NCBI GenBank assembly: GCA_016764785.1
Contig: JAESRG010000001.1
Span: 1 to 49,039 of the forward strand
Reading direction: 5' to 3'
Length of the DNA stretch: 49,039 nt
Source: Paracoccaceae bacterium
Lineage (GTDB): Bacteria > Pseudomonadota > Alphaproteobacteria > Rhodobacterales > Rhodobacteraceae
Below the pieces are notes generated by a model, which worked only from the letters and a program-made list of their open reading frames with translations, did no database searches and had not been told where the DNA came from. A program made the translations under genes and the position numbers. Below, one piece after another: positions 43,113 through 49,039 of the stretch. The first letter of the stretch is position 1. Every line of letters begins with the position of its first letter.

Positions 43113-43154
43113 ATCCTAAAGGACGACATCGTCACATTTAAGGAAGGGCCTTGC

Positions 43155-44606
43155 ATGGTTTCTCGCGTTATTCCCGTTAGTCCGTTTGATCTGGTCATAT
43201 TTGGCGCGACAGGTGATCTGTCTCGACGTAAAATTTTGCCTGCCCTGTTTCGGCGGATGCGGGCGGGGCAAATGCCTGAAAACTCTCGTATTATTGGCGC
43301 GGCGCGAACTAAAATGGACAGCGCTGGGTTTCGCGATTTTGTACGCGAATCTATGGCGGAGTTTGAGCCAACGGCCAAAGATACCCCTGAGGTTCTGGAG
43401 ACCTTTATTGCTGCGCTTGAGTACACGCCGATTGACGCAATGGGTGATGCTGGCTGGAAACCGCTGAAAAAGCTGATCCGCAAAGATACTGTGCAGGCGT
43501 TTTATCTGTCGGTTGGGCCAAGTCTGTTTGGTGAAATCGCGCATCGTTTGCATGTGCATGGCATTGCCACGCCCGAAAGCCGGATCGTAGTTGAAAAACC
43601 GCTTGGGCATGATCTGGCCTCGGCCAAGGACTTGAACAAGCGTCTGGGTGAGTGCTTTGAGGAGCATCAGATTTATCGCATTGACCATTATTTAGGCAAA
43701 GAAACCGTGCAAAATCTGATGGCAATCCGGTTTGCTAATGCGCTGTTTGAACCGTTGTGGAACTCAAAATACGTTGATCATGTGCAAATCACTGTGGCCG
43801 AAAGCATCGGGGTTGAGGGGCGCGGCGGCTATTACGATAAATCGGGCGCGTTGCGTGACATGGTTCAGAACCATATGATGCAGTTGCTGTGCCTGACCGC
43901 GATGGAACCGCCCGCCAAGTTCAACGCTGATTTTGTGCGCGACGAAAAGCTGAAGGTTATTCGCGCGCTTGACCCACTAAAGGTTTCTGACACGGTGCGC
44001 GGCCAATATCGGGCTGGCGGTGGCGAGGCAAGTTACATCGAGCATGCCGAAAATCCTGACAGCCATACCGAAAGTTTTGTGGCATTAAAGGTTAATATTT
44101 CAAACTGGCGTTGGGCTGGCACGCCGTTTTATTTGCGCACCGGCAAACGGTTGCGGGCGCGGATGTCGGAAATTGCGGTGGTGTTCAAAGACCCACCCCA
44201 TTCCATTTTCGAAGAATCTAACCATCGCAAAGGCAATACCTTGATCATTCGGTTGCAACCGGATGAGGGGATCACCCTGCGCATGACCATCAAGGAACCG
44301 GGGCCGGGCGGCATGCGTCTGACCGAGGTGCCGCTGGACATGAGCTTTGCTGACGCGCTAGGCCCCGATGCGATTGTCACTGATGCGTATGAACGGTTGA
44401 TCATGGATGTGATCCGTGGCGATCAAACATTGTTCATGCGCGGTGACGAAGTTGAAGAAGCCTGGGCGTGGATCGACCCGCTGATTGCCGCGTGGGAGGC
44501 AGATTCAAGCAAACCCGCACCTTATGACGCTGGCAGTTCCGGCCCAGAAGATGCCTTGGCGTTGCTGCACCGTGATGGCCGTCGTTGGAGAGAAATTGAT
44601 GTCTAA
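43155..44606 (+). CDS. zwf: Glucose-6-phosphate 1-dehydrogenase
   Basis: ATG at 43155 is preceded by AAGGAAGGG. Motifs FGATGDLSRRKILPAL and RIDHYLGKE are present. The track start at 43035 is an upstream extension. Confidence 0.95.
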   Translation: MVSRVIPVSPFDLVIFGATGDLSRRKILPALFRRMRAGQMPENSRIIGAARTKMDSAGFRDFVRESMAEFEPTAKDTPEVLETFIAALEYTPIDAMGDAGWKPLKKLIRKDTVQAFYLSVGPSLFGEIAHRLHVHGIATPESRIVVEKPLGHDLASAKDLNKRLGECFEEHQIYRIDHYLGKETVQNLMAIRFANALFEPLWNSKYVDHVQITVAESIGVEGRGGYYDKSGALRDMVQNHMMQLLCLTAMEPPAKFNADFVRDEKLKVIRALDPLKVSDTVRGQYRAGGGEASYIEHAENPDSHTESFVALKVNISNWRWAGTPFYLRTGKRLRARMSEIAVVFKDPPHSIFEESNHRKGNTLIIRLQPDEGITLRMTIKEPGPGGMRLTEVPLDMSFADALGPDAIVTDAYERLIMDVIRGDQTLFMRGDEVEEAWAWIDPLIAAWEADSSKPAPYDAGSSGPEDALALLHRDGRRWREIDV

Positions 44607-45282
44607 CTTTATAGAATATCCTGATCGCACCGTGTTGGCCGTTGATCTGGCTGAAATCGTCGCCGAGCAACTGCAAGACGCGATTAACCTGAACGGCAAG
44701 GCCAGTCTGGCCGTGCCGGGCGGAACAACGCCAGCGGCGTTTTTGACAGCGCTGTCAGGGGCTGATATTAACTGGACCAAGGTTAGCGTCATGCTGACCG
44801 ATGAACGCTTCGTGCCGGAAAGTTCTGAACGCTCAAACACGCGATTGTTACGCGGCACTTTGTTGCAAGGCAAGGCCGCAGCGGCAACCATGATCCCGTT
44901 TTATGCCAAGGCTGACAAGCCCGAGGACGTGTTGGAACAGTTGACGGTGGGGTTGAACCCCACCCTACCTTTGGACGTCTGCGTTTTGGGCATGGGGGCG
45001 GATATGCACACCGCCAGCATTTTTCCGGGGGCTGATTTACTTGACGAGGCCCTGTCAGACGACGCGCCGATCTTGTTGCCGATGCGGGCGCCAAACGCGC
45101 CAGAGCCTCGGTTAACCCTAACGGCGCCAGTGCTGCGCGCCGCCAAACATATTCATATTCTGATCGCTGGCGCGGATAAGAAAACGGCGCTTGAATCAGC
45201 GTTGATCGAGGGGCCGGCAACCGAAGCGCCGATCCGAATTATTCTTTCCCTTCCCCACAGCGACATCCATTTTGCGGAGTAA
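44599..45282 (+). CDS. pgl: 6-phosphogluconolactonase
   Basis: ATG at 44599 overlaps the zwf stop. The LAVPGGTTP motif is present. The track start at 44485 lies inside zwf. Confidence 0.9.
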   Translation: MSNFIEYPDRTVLAVDLAEIVAEQLQDAINLNGKASLAVPGGTTPAAFLTALSGADINWTKVSVMLTDERFVPESSERSNTRLLRGTLLQGKAAAATMIPFYAKADKPEDVLEQLTVGLNPTLPLDVCVLGMGADMHTASIFPGADLLDEALSDDAPILLPMRAPNAPEPRLTLTAPVLRAAKHIHILIAGADKKTALESALIEGPATEAPIRIILSLPHSDIHFAE

Positions 45283-45287
45283 GCCCC

Positions 45288-47090
45288 ATGCAACTGAACG
45301 ACACAATCAAGCGTGTAACCGACCGGATCATTAGCCGCTCGGAAACGGTGAGAACAGACTATATGGCCCGTTGCGAGCGGGCCGCTGAAGAAGGGCCAAG
45401 ACGTGCCCATCTGACATGCGGCAATCAGGCCCATGCCTTTGCAGCATCTGGCGAGGATCAAGACCCGTTGGTCACTGGTATTGGCGGTAATCTGGGGATT
45501 ATCACTGCCTATAACGATATGCTGTCTGCCCATCAGCCGTTTGAAAAGTTCCCTGAACTGATCCGCGCGGCGGCTCGGAAAATAGGGGGTACTGCGCAGG
45601 TTGCTGGCGGGGTTCCGGCGATGTGTGACGGGGTCACGCAGGGGCAGCCCGGTATGGAGCTGAGCCTGTTTTCACGCGATATTATTGCGATGGCAGCCGG
45701 AATTGGCTTGTCGCATAACGTGTTTGACAGCTCGGTTTATTTGGGCGTTTGCGATAAGATTGTGCCGGGTTTGGTGATTGCTGCGGCGACATTCGGACAT
45801 TTACCAGCGGTGTTTTTACCTGCTGGGCCGATGACAACTGGGCTGTCGAATGATGACAAAGTCAAAGTGCGGCAGCAGTTCGCTTTGGGCGAAGTGGATC
45901 GCGAAGCCTTGATGGCCGCCGAGATCGCCAGTTACCACGGCCCCGGCACCTGCACGTTTTATGGCACTGCCAACACCAACCAGATGTTGATGGAGTTCAT
46001 GGGGCTGCACCTGCCCGGTGCCTCATTTGTGAACCCCAACACGCCGTTGCGCGATGCGCTAACCATCGCCGGGGCCAAGCGGGCTTTGGCAATTTCGGCG
46101 TTGGGCAATGAATATACCCCTGTGTGTGAGGTTCTGGACGCCAAGGCGTTTGTGAACGGCATCGTTGGTTTGAACGCCACTGGCGGGTCAACCAACCTGT
46201 TGATTCATCTGTTGGCGATGGCCAAAGCAGCGGGGATCGTGCTGGATTGGGAAGACTTTGCTGACCTGTCTGACGTGGTGCCGCTGATTGCGCGGGTCTA
46301 TCCAAACGGGCTGGCAGACGTGAACCATTTTCACGCGGCGGGCGGTTTGGGGTACATGATCGGTGAGTTGTTGAACAACGGTTTGTTGCACGATGACACC
46401 CGCACCATTGTTGGCCAAGGGTTGGAGCATTACACCCAAGAGCCAAAATTAAAAGATGGCGAGGTCGTCTGGGAAGGCGGCGCGCGTAAGTCGTTGAATG
46501 ACAAGATTTTGAAACCGGTTTCGGACCCATTTCAACCAAATGGCGGCGTTAAACGGCTGATTGGTAATCTTGGGCAGGGGGTTATGAAAATCTCGGCTGT
46601 GGCTGAAGATCGGCGGATTATTGAGGCGCCGGTGCGGATATTCCACGATCAGGAAGATGTGAAAGTGGCGTTCAAGGCCGGTGATTTGGACCAAGATGTG
46701 GTTGTCGTCGTGCGTTTTCAGGGGCCAAAGGCGAATGGTATGCCAGAGCTGCATTCACTAACGCCGCTGTTGACCATTCTGCAAGGGCGTGGCCACAAGG
46801 TTGCGCTGGTGACGGATGGACGGATGTCGGGCGCGTCGGGCAAGGTGCCGTCAGCGATCCATGTGTCGCCCGAAGCCTTGGACGGCGGACCCTTGGCGCG
46901 ACTGATTGACGGCGACATTGTGCGCGTTGATGCGGTGGCGGGCACGCTGGATGTGCTGGATGAGGCTGCGCTGGAACGGCCCTTGGCGACAGCTGATTTG
47001 TCGGCCAATTCGGTTGGCACCGGGCGCGAATTGTTCGAGATATTCCGCAAGTTTGTTGGCCCTGCAGAAACGGGAGCCAGCGTTTTATGA
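45288..47090 (+). CDS. edd: Phosphogluconate dehydratase (Entner-Doudoroff)
   Basis: 600-aa IlvD/Edd family ORF with the Edd-type N-terminus MQLNDTIKRVTDRIISRSETVR and CDKIVPG. Confidence 0.9.
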   Translation: MQLNDTIKRVTDRIISRSETVRTDYMARCERAAEEGPRRAHLTCGNQAHAFAASGEDQDPLVTGIGGNLGIITAYNDMLSAHQPFEKFPELIRAAARKIGGTAQVAGGVPAMCDGVTQGQPGMELSLFSRDIIAMAAGIGLSHNVFDSSVYLGVCDKIVPGLVIAAATFGHLPAVFLPAGPMTTGLSNDDKVKVRQQFALGEVDREALMAAEIASYHGPGTCTFYGTANTNQMLMEFMGLHLPGASFVNPNTPLRDALTIAGAKRALAISALGNEYTPVCEVLDAKAFVNGIVGLNATGGSTNLLIHLLAMAKAAGIVLDWEDFADLSDVVPLIARVYPNGLADVNHFHAAGGLGYMIGELLNNGLLHDDTRTIVGQGLEHYTQEPKLKDGEVVWEGGARKSLNDKILKPVSDPFQPNGGVKRLIGNLGQGVMKISAVAEDRRIIEAPVRIFHDQEDVKVAFKAGDLDQDVVVVVRFQGPKANGMPELHSLTPLLTILQGRGHKVALVTDGRMSGASGKVPSAIHVSPEALDGGPLARLIDGDIVRVDAVAGTLDVLDEAALERPLATADLSANSVGTGRELFEIFRKFVGPAETGASVL

Positions 47091-47683
47091 TCGAAACAAT
47101 TGAGCAACTAGAGGCGCTTTACGGCACACCAAAACCACCTTCATTGGTGAAGGTGGTGGATCATATTACCGCTGAATACGGGGCGTTTATCAAGCTGTCT
47201 CCGTTTGTGGCGCTGAGCACTGTTGGCCCCGAGGGTCTGGATTGCAGCCCGCGCGGCGACGATGGGCAGGTGGTGTTTATCGAGGATGATAAAACGCTGG
47301 TGCTGCCTGATCGGCGCGGCAACGACCGGATTGATAGCCTACGGAACATCGTGCGCGACCCTAGGGTTTCGCTGATGTTTCTGGTGCCCGGGTCCAGCAT
47401 GGTTGTGCGGGTTAATGGCACAGGCCGGATTTCCGCAGCGCCGGATCTTTTGCAGCGGTATAGTAAATCCGGCAAGGACCCTCGGTCGGTTATTTTGATA
47501 ACGGTGCAGGAGATTTACTTTCAATGTGCGCGCGCCATCATGCGGGCGGACTTGTGGAACGGGCCGGTTGAGGCGAATTTGCCGACGGCTGGAGAGATCC
47601 TTTCCAGTATAACAGACGGTGCCGTTGGTGGCGCCGATTATGATAAAACCTGGCCCGAACGGGCCGCAAAAACGATGTGGTGA
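47087..47683 (+). CDS. Pyridoxamine 5'-phosphate oxidase (PPOX)-family FMN-binding protein
   Basis: 198-aa ORF with an ATGA overlap with edd. LDCSPRGDDGQVVFIEDDKTLVLPDRRGNDRIDSLRNIVRDPRVSLMFLVPG is typical of the split-barrel flavoprotein family. Confidence 0.75.
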   Translation: MIETIEQLEALYGTPKPPSLVKVVDHITAEYGAFIKLSPFVALSTVGPEGLDCSPRGDDGQVVFIEDDKTLVLPDRRGNDRIDSLRNIVRDPRVSLMFLVPGSSMVVRVNGTGRISAAPDLLQRYSKSGKDPRSVILITVQEIYFQCARAIMRADLWNGPVEANLPTAGEILSSITDGAVGGADYDKTWPERAAKTMW

Positions 47684-47687
47684 TAAT

Positions 47688-48284
47688 ATGAAAATTTCTG
47701 CTCAAGATGCGTGTAAAGCCAACCGTGAGGTGTGCGGACGCGCCCCGATTGTGCCGGTTCTGGTGATCAAAGACGCAGCCACTGCGCGGCCATTGGCCGA
47801 AGCGTTGGTCGCGGGCGGATTACCTGCGTTAGAGGTAACATTGCGCACCCCCGCAGCGTTGGATGCAATCAAAGCCATGGCGGAAGTGCCCGGCGGTATC
47901 GTTGGTGCGGGAACGCTAATCACACGTCAGGACGTGCAAAATGCCGTAGACGCGGGGGCCAAGTTTGGCGTGTCGCCCGGGGCCACTGATGAGCTGATCG
48001 CGGCTTGCGAAGAACTGGGTCTGCCCTTGCTGGCTGGCGCTGCCACCGCGACGGAGGCCATGCAAATGTTGGCGCGCGGCTATGATTTGTTGAAATTCTT
48101 TCCTGCTGAGGCCTCGGGTGGGGCGCCTGCGTTGAAAGCCATTGGCGCGCCGTTGCCGCAGATTACTTTTTGCCCGACTGGGGGCGTTAGCCTTGCCAAC
48201 GCCAATGATTATCTGAGCTTGCCAAATGTGATTTGTGCGGGCGGTAGCTGGGTTGCGCCAGCAGATAAAGTTGTGGCTGGCCAA
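47688..48284 (+). pseudogene. eda: KDPG/KHG aldolase, 3'-truncated by roughly 15-20 codons
   Basis: From the ATG at 47688 the sequence is Eda-like through VICAGGSWVAPADKVVAGQ. The frame then reads on without a stop to 48560 through the antisense of a phage gene. E. coli Eda has about 16 more residues after the equivalent point. Confidence 0.75.
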
Positions 48285-48569
48285 ATCCTGCGCCTTCTGG
48301 TCGAGCGATTTTTCGCGGTCATCCAGCTCACGCGACCGGGCCTGCAAGTCGGCCCGCGCCTGATCTACGATCTGCTGCACTTCACGGGTGTCCACTTTGC
48401 CAATGATGACCGCGTGGCCCTCATCGAGCTTGGCAGCATTGCCGACCATCACCGCGACCTTGCCCTTGCCCTCGCAAAGCTTCTTGGCCACATCAGGCTC
48501 AAAAGCAGCGGTGTCGTCCTTGTTGTAGCGGGAATATCCTTGGGTGAATTTCACCAGTAGTCGTGCCAT
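48285..48569 (-). pseudogene. Small phage gene downstream of the major capsid gene, lacking its native 3' end
   Basis: ATG at 48569 has GGAGG upstream. About 95 codons are plausible (MARLLVKFTQGYSRYNKDD...coiled-coil QARADLQARSRELDDREKSLDQKAQDL). The frame then runs into the antisense of eda with no stop until 47916. Confidence 0.55.
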
Positions 48570-48594
48570 GATCTGGCCTCCGTCAATTGAGAAT

Positions 48595-48621
48595 GGAAAA
48601 GGGCGGCCTGTCAGGCCGCCC
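48595..48621 (-). terminator. Rho-independent terminator after the major capsid gene
   Basis: 9-bp GC stem (gggcggcct at 48601-48609, aggccgccc at 48613-48621) with a 3-nt loop. On the minus strand it is followed by TTTTCC. Confidence 0.7.
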
Positions 48622-48638
48622 GTATCAGGCCGGGGTTA

Positions 48639-49039
48639 TTACAAACCCCAACTGGTGCCGGTGATGACCGCGATCGCTTCATCATGGGCTGGTGCCAGAT
48701 CATGACGAGACACCGCCCGCATCAGTGTCAGGTCTCGCTGAAATGCCGAAATGGTATCGCCACTGGTATCGACAAAGGACGCCTCAGAGGACGAAGCGAT
48801 GCGAATGGCCTGGTCGTCGCCAATCATAATCTCCGAGAAATCCGCAAAGGTGATCTCGGTATCATTGCCATCGCCCAGGTTGTTTGGCACCTGCGACGTC
48901 GTCTCAACCGGATAACCAAACAGGGTATTGCTGGCCTCGATCGACGGGAACATCTTGGTTCCAGCCGCATTGATCAGGCTGGCCAAGAAATTCTTGGTTG
49001 CACCGCGCATGATCCAACCGCACCGCATCATCGGCACGT
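48639..49039 (-). CDS. Phage major capsid protein, HK97 family (C-terminal part; N-terminus beyond the right edge)
   Basis: The C-terminal region NTLFGYPVETTSQVP...ITFADFSEIMIGDDQAIRIASSSEASFVDTSGDTISAFQRDLTLMRAVSRHDLAPAHDEAIAVITG follows the HK97 gp5 C-terminal pattern (LxGxPV..., F..D.T..R...R.D). Confidence 0.75.
   Translation of the reverse strand, partial: VPMMRCGWIMRGATKNFLASLINAAGTKMFPSIEASNTLFGYPVETTSQVPNNLGDGNDTEITFADFSEIMIGDDQAIRIASSSEASFVDTSGDTISAFQRDLTLMRAVSRHDLAPAHDEAIAVITGTSWGL

Noticed and set aside
47916-48569. 217-aa minus-strand ORF, and the 313-aa plus-strand ORF 47619-48560, taken at face value.
   Set aside because: Each is a real gene only for part of its length (the phage gene to ~48285; eda from the ATG at 47688 to ~48284). 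The remainder is read-through into the antisense of the other gene. The N-terminal extension at 47619 overlaps the PPOX gene.
1-49039. CRISPR arrays, rRNA genes, IS elements with terminal inverted repeats, and long tandem repeats.
   Set aside because: Visual scanning of all intergenic regions and low-complexity stretches found no regularly spaced direct repeats, no rRNA-like segments and no transposase ORFs. Short repeats could have been missed without computation.

Overview
The window reads as three blocks.

**Block 1 (nt 1 to ~230).** This is an AT-rich fragment (about 30% G+C by hand count) of a phage-type tyrosine integrase gene. It ends at an abrupt composition break.

**Block 2 (nt ~230 to ~48285).** G+C is about 50-57%. 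The gene content looks alphaproteobacterial or Rhodobacterales-like, which is an inference only. It contains, in order:
- A long minus-strand glycoside-utilisation operon: ABC importer, GH2 beta-mannosidase, Gfo/Idh/MocA oxidoreductase, two xylose-isomerase-like TIM-barrel proteins, an aldo-keto reductase and a GH43 beta-xylosidase. A divergent LacI regulator, a lactonase and an epimerase sit beside it.
- A sulfur-oxidation island of about 27 kb: soeABC, ferritin, a cysG operon that also carries a TauD-like dioxygenase and two tiny unassignable ORFs, a complete oxidative-type dsrABEFHCMKLJOP-(YbiB/TrpD2-like)-dsrN operon, tusA-dsrE2, yeeE and apbC/mrp.
- The Entner-Doudoroff genes zwf-pgl-edd-(PPOX-like)-eda.

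**Block 3 (nt ~48285-49039).** These are phage head genes: the C-terminus of an HK97-type major capsid protein, a strong terminator and a small gene. They are fused tail-to-tail to a 3'-truncated eda.

I recognised no rRNA, tRNA, CRISPR array or IS element.

The best candidates for undescribed biology are the accessory genes welded into the dsr system:
- the TauD-like dioxygenase and two cysteine-free mini-proteins that are translationally coupled to cysG
- the YbiB/TrpD2-like gene between dsrP and dsrN
- a DsrJ with no seventh cysteine

All family assignments come from motif recognition by eye. No database search was possible.
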